DNA from: Octopus sinensis
Lineage: Eukaryota
Reading direction: 5' to 3'
Assembly (NCBI RefSeq): GCF_006345805.1
Contig: NW_021835384.1
Location: 1-41,267 of the forward strand
Length of the DNA stretch: 41,267 nt
A program made the translations under genes and the position numbers. Position 1 is the first letter of the stretch, and every line of letters begins with the position of its first letter. Under the pieces are notes generated by a model. That model saw only the letters and a program-made list of their open reading frames with translations, had not been told where the DNA came from and did no database searches. Shown in pieces: positions 23,298-35,363 of the stretch.

Positions 23298-23749
23298 TTA
23301 GTATACATTCTTGAGGTTTTATCTTCCAAACATTCACACAAAACTAGTGAACATTCCTGCAGGTGTTACAAAAGTCACACACCGAGAAAATATTCTCAGA
23401 AAATTAGCATTTGGTACTATAAGCCTGGAAGATATTATAAATATGCGATATGGTGCCCTTCTTGTCTCGTGGCTTAGTTGACAAATGTCTATAACTAACC
23501 AGGCAAGTTGATATAATGCTTTGATGCTATATTTTAAAATAACGAAATCTATTTCAATAGACACATCTTTGACTGCTTTCTTCTGAAAATAGGCCTTTGT
23601 GCCCGAAATATAGCTAGAGGCGATGGCCTCTTTGAGCTAATCAACGGCAGCATTCGTCCTATTTTCCTGGACTACCATGTTAGATTGGCTATAATAGCCA
23701 GTACCGCTGCCATAGTCTCCTTTAGAGAGATTTAGAAATATTTATATTT

Positions 23750-23770
23750 CTATGTATGTATGTATATACA

Positions 23771-23806
<36 letters not shown>

Positions 23807-23840
23807 TGTATGTATGTATGTATGTATGTATGTATGTATG

Positions 23841-23936
<96 letters not shown>

Positions 23937-23945
23937 ATATATATA
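23750..23945. repeat. (TATG)n/(TA)n microsatellite
   Basis: Direct reading. Confidence 0.97.
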
Positions 23946-24110
23946 ACACATTACGTTATATAATTTTTTACTGAACCCTAATCATATAATATAATGTTTT
24001 AAATATACCGTAAATGGTCTTTTTACATACTGAACACTACTTGGTAAAATTAATTAATAATTAATTAATTTTACCCTTTTAGTATTGACAATATGTATAT
24101 ATATATATAT

Positions 24111-24433
24111 AAAGGTAAAGACCCCCTTCGGTCATGAATGACCATGGGATTGCACCTAGAAAGTTACCCTCCTAGACACAAGTCCGGGCAAGGTTGTTTA
24201 TGGAAGACCAGCAGTCGCCCATGCATACCAGCCTCCCCTCTCCACGCCACCAGTGTTATCCAAGGGAAAGACAAAGGTCGATACAGCTTGGCACCAGTGA
24301 CGTCGCAACTCATTTCTACAGCTGAGTGAACTGGAGCAACGTGAAATAAAGTGCTTTGCTCAAGAACACAACACGCAGCCCGGTCCGGGATTCGAGCTCA
24401 CAACCTCACGATCGTAAGCTCGACGCTCTAACC
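24111..24433 (-). mobile_element. tRNA-SINE family R with ACCTTT-type (RTE/BovB-like) tail
   Basis: Head GGTTAGAGCGTCGAGC...GAGCTCGAATCCCGGACCGGG; central TGTTCTTGAGCAAAGCAC...GTTGCTCCAGTTCACTCAGCTG shared with family V head A; ends TCTTTACCTTT. Confidence 0.85.
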
Positions 24434-24529
24434 CGCGCGCACACAAGCACACATATATATATGATATTTACCACGTGAACTACGATGAAAAAATATGAGA
24501 AAAATATGGTATGTAATTTTTTTTGTGTG

Positions 24530-24599
24530 TGTGCAGGGGTTCTTTGAAACGTAATTTATTTGAAGGGTTACTCGAGGGTAAAAAGGTTGAGAAACGCTG
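24530..24599. mobile_element. hAT-Charlie-like terminal fragment
   Basis: Ends AAAAAGGTTGAGAAACGCTG, a typical Charlie/MER5-type right terminus. Confidence 0.5.
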
Positions 24600-24809
24600 A
24601 CTTAAAGGGTCATAGTTAAATAATACAGATATTTTGTCACGCGCTCTAAGAATTCTCCAATCAATCCTTCTTAAAATGACAATGGCCTGAAGATCTTTGA
24701 GCATATGTCTACCCAATTTCAGCCGGCCTGGGATTAAACAACAATATATACAACAATGCTATCGAAGGAAATGGATTGTGTTTTGATGACGACATACCCA
24801 CCTCTCAGA

Positions 24810-25250
24810 GTATTCTTTTCTCCTGCTTTTAACCCTCCAACGCGGAGTATAGGCCACTCATAGTTGAATTCCATGTCGCATAATTTTTCGCTTCTCTACT
24901 TATACTCTGCCATGAATGTCCCCCATTCTCTAGTTCCTTTTGTGATGATCTACGCCACGAGTTCTTAGGCCTACCTCTCCTTCTATATCCATCCTGTTTC
25001 CACTGTAAAGCACTTTTCGCTACATTTTGTGTGTCTTTTCTAATTGTGCCACTAATCCACTTTCACTTTTTCTTAAATATTTGCTCCCTAATCGAAACTT
25101 GATTTGTTCTTTGCCATAGCTCCATATTGCTTATGTGTTCGGGCCATCTAATTTTAAGTATACTACTCAAACATCTGTTGATGAATACTTGTATTTGCTT
25201 ATTTGACTTAACTCAGAGTATTACTGGTATGAATAAGATACATGATTCTG
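24810..25250 (-). pseudogene. RTE-clade LINE ORF C-terminal remnant (not in ORF track)
   Basis: Manual minus-strand translation: QIQVFINRCLSSILKIRWPEHISNMELWQRTNQVSIREQIFKKK*KWISGTIRKDTQNVAKSALQWKQDGYRRRGRPKNSWRR, the RTE 'CLR.IL.I.W...ISN..L / W.GH / G.R.RGRP..TW' signature. Confidence 0.88.
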
Positions 25251-26423
25251 GTGAGATATGAACACAGAGTAGTGAGATAAGGCAAGTAATTAGAATATAA
25301 AATCTATTCTGGAACATTACCACATGGACTATCTCCACTGTATTAATTTATATAGCAAACAGAATTTATGTTCTTCCTGACAGTAAGACTCCAGTCTAGA
25401 ACTGTCAGTTATTAAATTAAGATGTTTATAATTAACTGTCAACATTAACTGGTGTGTGTAACTAATGTGCATAAATGCGTATATATGAAACTGGTTGGTA
25501 GATTGATGTATAAACATCAGATATTACATAATTAGTGCGTGCTACTGTCAGCATCCCCTTTCCTTCAGCCATATCCAACCACTAAAAAATTAGTTGTCAC
25601 TATTTTGACACATGTGTTTGCTTGATTGATAAATTGTGCGTTCGTCCTGATATATTAGAAATATAATTTCTGATATAAGAAGCTAAGAAGATTTAGATTG
25701 TTTATAAATGATATTTCAAAGCAAATTAGACTTCAGATCTCTCCGTTGTTTATTAACAGATTTTGTGTTGTTTTATTTTTGAATATAGTAAAACGTGATC
25801 CAACTGGAATTAACAGAGTAAACAAATAGAATCCGATGAAATTTTGTTTTTTAATATTTGTGTTTAATATTTGTGTTTAATATCGTATTTTCCGTTGATT
25901 ATATAAAATTTAAAAAAAAAGACAATAAAGAAGATAAGTTGCATGAAAAGCAAAATGCAATGGAAGTACAGTTCTTCCACTGCATTTCTTTCATTTATTG
26001 GGAAATACACTAGTGGTGGTTGTGGTTGTTGTTGTTGTTACTGCTGCTTCAGCTGTTTTTTAGTAATTAGTCGAAGATTAGCGCTCGTGACCTTTCAAGG
26101 TTTGAGGCTAATACACAGTAGAGACGAGAGGACAGAAGGTGAGACGTGCAGTCGGCGAATGTCGTATGTAATTTGCTAGTTTAGACGCCTAAGCTATGGT
26201 AATAACAATATTATAAAAGACAGAGAGGAAAAGCAGCACATGTGTGTGAGCCAATGATTGTAATGTGTTTGGTGAGTGAATCTTATCTAATTAGTCAAAT
26301 GACCTTCTGGAGATAGTATAGAATATTTGCTTGTACAGCAATAAAAATAACGTCCTCATATTTGAACAATGAGCTGTACTCGGCTGTGGAGTACATCACT
26401 TCTTCGCAGGTTAGTTAATTATA

Positions 26424-26644
26424 GGATCTAGAGTTTTCCTGGACTCTAGGAAAAGAAACTTAAATCATTCAGGCTCAATTTTAGTGGTGTTATACGGGAT
26501 CTAGAGTTTTCCTGGACTCTAGAAAAGAAACTTAAATCATTCAGGCTCAATTTTAGTGGTGTTATACGGGATCTAGAGTTTTCCTGGACTCTAGGAAAGA
26601 AACTTAAATCATTCAGGCTCAATTTTAGTGATGTTATACGGGAT
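26424..26644. repeat. minisatellite, 3 x 72-73 bp
   Basis: Units start GGATCTAGAG at 26424, 26497, 26569; each contains hairpin CTAGAGT-tttcctgg-ACTCTAG. Confidence 0.97.
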
Positions 26645-27896
26645 TTTCGGGATAAATTTGACAATGTTTTAGTCTCCATTTTTTCAGAAACAGCTTGATT
26701 TATTGGTGAGCAGTCAATGGCTTTGGAGAGCATAAATATTAAAATTCTATTTGAGAAAAAAGTAGCTGACATGAAGAACTGGATGCCATCTGAATATTGG
26801 GAAAAGAATTACTAGTGTCATGATAATTCGCGCCGGGTAACAAAATATTGATATCATGGCCGCTACTCAATGCTCTGTGAACACTGTGAAGGCTATAAGA
26901 TGTGATATGGATAGCTACAACGGAAACTAGCAGGAATGGACCCAACAGGCGTTCTGCCTGCTTCCGCACGCCACAATTCATCCCTACATCTTTAACAAGG
27001 CCTGATGCTCAATTCAGACGGTTATGTGAATCTGCTGGACGATGTGGGTCAATGCTTCGCTGGAGATACATTGCTGCTGGAAGACCTTATGTGTGGCAGC
27101 AGGATACGACTCCTTGCGATACCCACGAAGGAGTCAGAAGTGGTTGTGGAAGAATATCTACGACTTCACCAGTACCAATTTCTTATTGCTTTACTGCCCA
27201 CAAGGGGCTACACACAGAGGGGACAAACAAGGACAGACAAACAGATTAAGTCGATTATATCGATCCCAGTGCATAACTGGTACTTATTTAATCGACCCCG
27301 AAAGGATGAAAGGCAAAGTCGACCTCGGCGGAATTTGAAATCAGAACGTAACAGCAGACGAAATACCTATTTTTTGTACCCACAAGGGGCTGCACACAGA
27401 GGGGACAAACAAGGACAAACAAACGGATTAAGTCGATTATATCGACCCCAGTGCATAAATGGTACTTATTTAATCGACCCCGAAAGAATGAAAGGCAAAG
27501 TCGACCTCGGTAGAATTTGAACTCAGAACGAAGCGGCAGACGAAATACCGCTAAGCACGTCGCCCGGCGTGCTAACATTTCTGCCAGCTCGCCGCCTTGA
27601 TTTCTGGTTTCCTAATTTCGCCGATTGTAATCTCATGGGTTAATAAGTATGGGACGCCGAGCTGGTGGCCAAAATCACGGGATGTTCGAAGATATTCCCA
27701 GTTAGGAAACCATGCGCCATTTTTTAAACCCGTCTTAAGGTCCAAGTTGAAAGTGAGGGCAACTACTTTGAGTGAACGGTTATCTCCCAGCCATAATCTA
27801 GTTGATATTCTTTAATTTTTCAAAACGTTATTTTTGGGCGGGTTCTTGTTTTCCTTTCCTTTTGTGCAAATTGTTAAATTTTACCTGAGCACCCTG
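26639..27896 (+). mobile_element. internally deleted Tc1/mariner-superfamily transposon relic
   Basis: Decayed ~27-bp TIRs CGGGATTTTCGGGATAAATTTGACAAT / ATTGTTAAATTTTACCTGAGCACCCTG, TA at left; transposase remnants KRITSVMIIRAG*QNIDIM..., RRSACFRTPQFI, GRPYVWQQDTTPC, SQKWLWKNIYDF, FWFPNFADCNLM (~WPPNSPDCNP). Confidence 0.85.
27184..27596 (-). mobile_element. family M SINE head-to-tail dimer inserted in the transposase
   Basis: Full head at 27596, junction AAATA|GGTATTTCG at 27367/27368; short repeat ATTTCT on both sides. Confidence 0.93.
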
Positions 27897-28027
27897 TTAC
27901 ACGTGAAGCTATGAGAGGGTGCCACGTTTGTCATTCCATATATTAGTACGATATAAAGGACGTTAGGCAGCCATTTCTAGCAAGTCGAGCAGCACTTAAA
28001 AGCTTATTACACTCGAAATATTCGCCA

Positions 28028-28400
28028 GCATGTTTTTGTGATTAAAAGTTCGCTTTTGTAACCACGTGTTTCGAGGATCAGTCCCACCTCGCGGTATCTA
28101 GGGTAAGTGTCCTATACTGTAGCCCCGGGTCGACCAATAACTTTTGAGAGAATTCGGTAGTGGAAACTGTGCAGAAGCCCTCATGTGTTTAATTAAATAT
28201 ATGTGTGCGTGTACCTAACACCCATCGACTAATAACCGACGTTGGTTTGATTACATCTCGTAAATTAAGCAGTTAGGCAAAAAAGAGATAGATTTGGAAC
28301 CAGGCTTGAAAACATAATTACTGTAGGGGATTTGATCGACGAGACCCTTTAAAGGGGCAACGGAGTTACTCTGCATGACTGAAATAGGTGCAAAAAAATA
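28028..28400 (+). mobile_element. old family C SINE
   Basis: TCAGTCCCACC...GGGTAAGTGTCCTATACTGTAGCCCCGGGTCGACCAA...GGTAGTGGAAACTG...ATGACTGAAA. Confidence 0.75.
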
Positions 28401-28557
28401 AAGAACTAGATGCACCCAAAACTCCTAAATCAATATATTTAAACACGTATAGATCGAAGAACGTATGTTGATTAATGCATAAATAATTCATGTATACATA
28501 ATGCACAAGAACTAGTGTTTAGAAACCAGTATACGAACATAGCAAGTTCGAATTAGT

Positions 28558-28577
28558 ATGCGTATATATATATATAT

Positions 28578-28628
<51 letters not shown>

Positions 28629-28815
28629 ATATTTACATAATATCGAGGTCTCTTTCATTCTTTTGTTGTCTTACCATTTTCTATCACTATATATATATGT
28701 GAGTGTGTGTGTCTGTATTTATGTATGTATATGGATGTATATATATATATATGTGTGTGCGTGTATTATATATAATATATATATATATATACATATATAT
28801 ATGTGTGTATATATG

Positions 28816-28846
<31 letters not shown>

Positions 28847-28899
28847 GTATATATACATATGTATGTATATATGTATATATATATATATGTGTATATATG

Positions 28900-28967
<68 letters not shown>

Positions 28968-28985
28968 TATATGTGTGTATATATG

Positions 28986-29035
<50 letters not shown>

Positions 29036-29094
29036 TACGTATATACATACTATAGATATTATATATATATGGACCATATATGAATTAGTGCCGC

Positions 29095-29130
<36 letters not shown>
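28558..29130. repeat. long compound (TA)n/(TG)n microsatellite
   Basis: Direct reading; source of YI-repeat ORFs. Confidence 0.97.
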
Positions 29131-29131
<1 letters not shown>

Positions 29132-29379
29132 ATAATTTTGCTTTGGGCAGCAGAAGTATGTTGATTGAGGTTAATTGGTTAGCCTCAATGGTAAAATCAC
29201 TTCCAACATATGCAACCCGGTTGCCTTGGTAACCTATGAGCATGGGTCACTCTCATGATTGATCGTATAAATTAAACCGACTAGTTAAGACTTAAATTAA
29301 TTAACGATATAGATTCACCTTTTTACAGTGTTACGGACTATGCGTATATATATGTATCTATATATGATTGTGTTTGTGC

Positions 29380-29382
<3 letters not shown>

Positions 29383-29435
<53 letters not shown>

Positions 29436-29448
29436 GTAGGTAGGTAGG

Positions 29449-29491
<43 letters not shown>

Positions 29492-29651
29492 GTTTCTTTA
29501 TTGGCCACACAGGGCTGCACACAGATGGGACAAGTTACAAGGTAGAGCTTTTCCTTTGGGGGATGAAGAGAACAAAAACAAAAGAAAAAAAAAGGGGTGG
29601 CGTAGGTTTTCGATCAAGAGGGATCGTAAAAGGGAAGAAAAGAACAAAAAC

Positions 29652-29724
<73 letters not shown>
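29383..29724. repeat. (GATA)n array interrupted by an insertion
   Basis: GATA runs 29383-29490 and 29653-29724. Confidence 0.97.
29491..29652 (-). mobile_element. 3' end of a (TATC)n-embedded retroelement (possibly L1/Tx1 clade)
   Basis: Pyrimidine-rich UTR ending TTGTCCCATCTGTGTGCAGCCCTGTGTGGCCAATAAAGAAAC directly into (TATC)n; clade assignment is inference. Confidence 0.55.
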
Positions 29725-29727
<3 letters not shown>

Positions 29728-30169
29728 GACAAATGTATGGGCGCATGCTCGGTCGAATCCCTAAAACTGTAGTCATGCGACAGCAAGGTGCCGGGCCAGA
29801 TCCCACTGCTTAGAATCTGGTCTTGGATAAGAGTCTCATACAATAGACGGGAACAGCTCTACCCCTTATGAATGGAATTCAGAAAAGTGTGTGAAAGCTG
29901 TAAGATAAATTGGGCTCGTATTTCGAAGGAGTCACATTCTGCCACATGCTCATTACTTAAGGTTAAATAAGTGTGCGAGCGCGCGTTGAATATTGAGCCA
30001 CTTGCAGTAAACTACTCTGTGCAGATAGTTCAATTGACCTGACTCGTGAATACTCATCGTCGAAAATGACGGGGATCCATTTGCTTTTTTTTTTTTTTTT
30101 TCTGAATGTATAAATATAGTGTTTCCTAAGTATGAGTTGATATGTACACATATGTATACACCATGAATT

Positions 30170-30330
30170 CTTCTCTCAGCTCTCAGACGCCTGAGGAGGA
30201 TCTTCGCCCGTCTTTACGCTCAGAATTCAAGTTCCACCAAGGCCGACTTTGCCTTTCATACTTTCGGTGTCGATATAATCGCATAACCCCTCCTCTAAAA
30301 TTTCAGATCTAGTGCCTATAGGAAAAAGGA
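30170..30330 (+). mobile_element. degenerate family M SINE
   Basis: GTCTTTACGCTCAGAATTCAAGTTCCACCAAGGCCGACTTTGCCTTTCATACTTTCGGTGTCGAT. Confidence 0.8.
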
Positions 30331-30334
30331 CTGT

Positions 30335-30500
30335 TATTTTTATTATTCCTTCGTAACACAGTGTAGGTAAAAATGCACCGGAGTCTTTCGTCATCTGCCA
30401 AGACAAAAGGACCTCAGACAGATAATACTTACCCTAAGATGTGTGCTGTGCCCAGTAAATTGCTTTTTGCAAGACATCAACCTTGCATGAGACTTTGGCT
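30335..30500 (-). mobile_element. 3' tip of another R4/Dong-type element
   Basis: Minus translation ...VDVLQKA/LLGTAHILG*VLS followed by short UTR and TAA-like tail. Confidence 0.6.
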
Positions 30501-30664
30501 TTGTATTTGTACAAGTTGACTCTAAATCTCACCCAGAGACCTCAAGAGACAACAAGTTAGAAGTTCGATTTGGTCTTATGGCTAGGGTGAAATATATTTG
30601 GTTTATTATATTATTATTATTATTATATTATTATTATTATTATTATTATTATATAATTTTCATT

Positions 30665-32455
30665 ATCATCTTCTATCAATTCTGTTTCTTTTTCTTGCCG
30701 AGTGTCTTCCTGACACCTAGGGCAGAAAAATGCACTGTATTGATTGGTAGGCCATTGAGATAAACACACCAGATTGTTCATTTGCAAAGTCATGTGATAG
30801 AGAAAAAGAGTAAGAAAAACGGAGACAAAAAAGAAACAAATAAAATAAATAAATAAATAAATAAAATAAAAGGAAAAGAAAATTCACAGCGGCAATGCTC
30901 TTCATGCCAGCTAAGACAATCTTTTGTACTTCCTGCATGGGTGGTAAGCCAGGGATCATTCTTAAATAATTTTCAGTTCCTTTTTTGATCGTTCCAAGTA
31001 CTCCTAGAATCACTGGTATTGTAACCGTCTTAAGATATCACATCTCCCCGATTTCGATTAGAAAATCTTAATAGTTTCTGAGCTTATCAAATTCTTTTGC
31101 TGATATATTATGGTCACAGGGTATGCTAATGTTAATCAATAAACAAACTTTATTGTTTTGGTTTTTCACAATAATAACTAGTTTATTTGCTTTGGTGGTC
31201 CGGTCTGTACATACTGGAAAGTTCTAAAGAATCGTTACATTTTCTCCCTCAGTTACAGCCTCAGGCTGTAACTGAGGAGAATGTAACGATTCTTTAGAAC
31301 TTTCCAGTATGTACAGACCGGACCACCAATAACTAGTTATTATTTTGAAAAACCATCAAACTGCTGACAATGGTACCATTTGTCAGCAGTTTTGATTTTA
31401 TAATGCCGACATATTATCCAATGCAGATATTGGCCAACTCTGTCATGCCTTGATTTGTACTCTACAGGTGCTAAAACTTTACACCCAGAGACTAGGTGGT
31501 CCACTGTTTCAATCCCATCGTTGCAGTATCGGCACTTCGGGTCTACACCATTTTTCATCACATTGGCTTCATAGTTTCTGGTCAATAAGCTCTGAGCTTG
31601 AGTAGCCAAGGTTAAACCTACACTCTCTGCCTTTAGCCCTGAGCTCTGTAGCCACTCATGGGTGTGCTTCTGGTCTATATCAGCTTGTTTGCTACGGGCC
31701 ACATATTTGCCATGCAGAGATTTTTTTCCCACCTATGAGCCAATTTGCTATTGATTTCACCTTCTTTGCAACAACAGTTGCCTCACTTTCCTCATGCTGT
31801 TCAACCTGGGTATCATGCATAAACTTACTTTTTTGCTCTCCTTCATAATAGAATGAAGCTTCTTACGTCTTCCGTGGTTTTCAACGAACTCTAGCATCCA
31901 GGGATTAAATGTTTCAAGATATTTTTCCAGTCTAATTGTGGTGGTTTTGTAAGAAATTTCAAATTGGATCAAGCCTCGACTGCCTTGAGCTCTGGGTAGG
32001 TAAAGACGATCTGCGTCTGCCTTTGGGTGTTGCATCTTATTGCAAGTGAGCAGCTTACAGATTTTCCTGTCAATCTTCCTTATTTCACTCATATTCCAGT
32101 TCAACACACTGAAACTGTAAATATCAACCGGAACTGCTAAGGAATTTATAGCTAACATCTTGTTAGGTACTTTTAACTCGAATTTTAGGACTGCTCGAAC
32201 TCTCTTGTAACATTCCATCTTGATCTTCTCTTTCGTGCTTGCATGCTGAATGTTAGAACCCTCATTTATTCTGAGGTATTTGCAAGTTTGTTGCTGCTCG
32301 AGTTCTTTTTCCCATATCAACATCCAACACCACTGAATGTGAGGTCTTCAATATCCCTTTCTGGAGAGTGGCCTTGGCACGTTTATCAAAACTAAATTCC
32401 ATCCCCATGTCATCATTGAATGCAATCACAGTACGTAGTAGTCCTTCAAGTTCAT
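30665..32455 (-). mobile_element. 5'-truncated R4/Dong-clade non-LTR retrotransposon (RT thumb, CCHC knuckle, restriction-like endonuclease), disrupted by stops and frameshifts
   Basis: ORFs 31757-32323 (KYLRINE, NKMLAINSLAVPV, HPKADADRLYLPRAQGSRGL), 31340-31732 (LHGKY, CRYC...ETVDHLVSGC, RHDRV), 30717-31013 (ILGVLG...QKIVL); flanked by (TTA)n on both sides. Confidence 0.93.
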
Positions 32456-32465
32456 TATTATCATT

Positions 32466-32496
<31 letters not shown>

Positions 32497-32498
<2 letters not shown>

Positions 32499-32843
32499 CA
32501 GTAGTTTTATTTTTATAGCGTGCTTTCACTTCACTACCGAGCGCAGCTCTGTGTGCCTTGGGTATGTGCTGTGATTTGTTGTGATGCTCTGATGGTTATT
32601 GTATGGAAAGTGTTCTCTGCGTAGGATGTGTGCAGTGCCTAGTAGTGCAATTTTCTGTATGTTATATGTGTTTGTAAGTCCTGGTGTTTTTGTTATGTAT
32701 TTGTCTGAATATTTTTTATCATGCCTAATGCACCTACTATGATAGGAATTGTTTCTGTTTTCAGATTCCACATTCTAGTTACCTCTATTTCCAGGTCTTT
32801 GTATTTTGAGAGTTTCTCCATTTCTTTTAGAGACACGTTGTCA
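32497..32843 (-). mobile_element. 3' end of an R4/Dong-type element in (TAA)n
   Basis: Minus translation DNVSLKEMEKLSKYKDLEIEVTRMWNLKTETIPIIVGALGM/KKYSDKYITKTPGLTNTYNIQKIALLGTAHILRR; (TTA)n both sides. Confidence 0.92.
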
Positions 32844-32849
32844 TTATTA

Positions 32850-32889
<40 letters not shown>

Positions 32890-32904
32890 TTTATTTTATC
32901 ATTA

Positions 32905-32978
<74 letters not shown>

Positions 32979-32979
32979 T

Positions 32980-33640
<661 letters not shown>

Positions 33641-33642
33641 AT

Positions 33643-33840
33643 GTGGTTTGAAATTTTGACACAAGGCCAGCAATTTAGGGGAAGGGTGTTAGTCGATTAC
33701 CTCGATCCCAGTGATCTACTGGTACTTATTTTATCAACCCCAAAAAGATGAGACGCAAAGTCGATCTCAGCGGTTCTTGAACTCAGAACATAAAGATGGA
33801 CGAAATAGCGCTAAGCATCTTGTCCGGTGTGCTAACGACT
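33643..33840 (-). mobile_element. family M SINE
   Basis: GGTTTGAAATTTTGACACAAGGCCAGCAATTT...TTGAACTCAGAAC...GTGCTAACGA. Confidence 0.9.
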
Positions 33841-34380
33841 CTTTATTATTATTATTATTATTATTAGCATCAGTATCTCAGCCTCACTAAAGACTTCGTC
33901 TTCAAATTTATGTATGTCACTTTCTGTACAATAGCATCTATTAATTCTAATGTAGGTATTCACTTAACTTTAGTTAAGGGCTTTTCAGTGTAAAAATAGA
34001 TAATATTTCTGTGTCAGGATATGAAGACATTGCAAGCGAAAGCTGTCAACCGTTTCAACCAATCATATCGTTTGGTGTGCGTAATTGCGTGATTGAAATA
34101 CTATGTCAGTGTGTCAAAGGTGTATAGGGGGTGTGCGTACGTATATGTGTGTGGTGTGTGTGTGTAATTATGGGTATGAGTATAAATTAATGTATATGTA
34201 TATTTGTGTATAAGTTTATTTGTATTTTCACATGTGTGTATGAGAGAATGTGTTAGGGTGTATATATATCTGTTAATAACATATATTTGCGCATATCTGC
34301 GTTTGCAGGAACATCTAAGCGGGGGCGACACTTTCTTTGGATCTTAAGTCGGGGTAAATATTTTGTAATATATACGTTTA

Positions 34381-35032
34381 AGGCGGCGAGGTGGCAGAAT
34401 CGTTAGCACGTCGGGTGAAATGCTTAGCGGTATTTTGTCTGTCGTTATATTCTCAGTTAAAATTCCGCCGAGGCTTTGCCTTTCATCCTTTCGGGGTCGA
34501 TAAATTAAGTACCAGTTGCGTACTGGGGTCGATCTAATCGACTGCCCCCCCCCTCTCCAAAACTTTTGGGCCTTGTGCCTAGAGTAGAAATAAATATATA
34601 TATGTTTCTATGAGGCAGCGAGCTGATAGAATCTTTAGTACACCGGGAAAATGTTTAGCAGCATTTCGACCGTCTGAGTTCAAATTCCGCTGAGGTCAAC
34701 TTTTCCTTTCTTCCTTTAAGTACCAGCTGAGCTCCGGTGTTGATGTAATCGACTTACCCACTCTCTCAATATTGCTGGCCTTGTGCAAATATTTGAAACC
34801 AATATAAATGTTTGCATAAGGCAGCGAGCTGGCAGAATCGTTAGCACGCCGGGCAAAATGCTTAACCACATTTCGTCCGTCTTTACATTCTGAGTTCAAA
34901 TTCCACCGAGGCCGACTTTGCCTTTTATCCTATTGGGGCCGATGAAATACGTACAAGCTGAGCATTGGGGTCGATGTAACCAACTTATACGTCCCTACAA
35001 AATTGCTGGCTATGTGCCACAATTTGAAATTA
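34381..35032 (+). mobile_element. three tandem family M SINEs (34381-34592, 34612-34802, 34819-35032)
   Basis: Each begins AGGC(G/A)GCGAG(C/G)TG.(C/T)AGAATC and ends with GGCCTTGTG-type tail. Confidence 0.92.
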
Positions 35033-35332
35033 GTATTTGCTATATATATATATATATATATATACATAATTGTATAGAGTCAATCTATTTTATTCGTTGT
35101 ATTTCACTTTCCTTCAGTTAAATGTGTTGATTCTAGTTGGAAACGGATCTTCTGTGGTTGCTTCGGAGCTATTTTTAGCACTAGAGTTATCCACATAGTG
35201 GATAACTCTCTAATAATTTATGTATAAATTTGTATTTCCTCCGTAGTTTTTTGTGCTAAGCCACTTGGTGTTAAATTGACGGTATTATTAAATTATATCG
35301 ATTTTTCACCCTCATTTATAATTTTATATATA

Positions 35333-35363
<31 letters not shown>

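Noticed and set aside
26446-26772. 108-aa ORF with 24-aa L-rich repeats resembling LRRs
   Set aside because: Arises from the 72-bp minisatellite; first unit is 73 bp (frame-breaking) and the ORF start lies in a transposon end.
27005-27520. 171-aa ORF
   Set aside because: Chimera of out-of-frame transposase relic and antisense SINE sequence.
28558-29135. Multiple 100-165-aa YI/VC-repeat ORFs (also at 298-639, 23742-23974, 40724-41095)
   Set aside because: Stop-free di- and tetranucleotide repeats.
35186-35206. TTATCCACA DnaA-box-like inverted pair
   Set aside because: Eukaryotic repeat context; simply a 12-bp hairpin.
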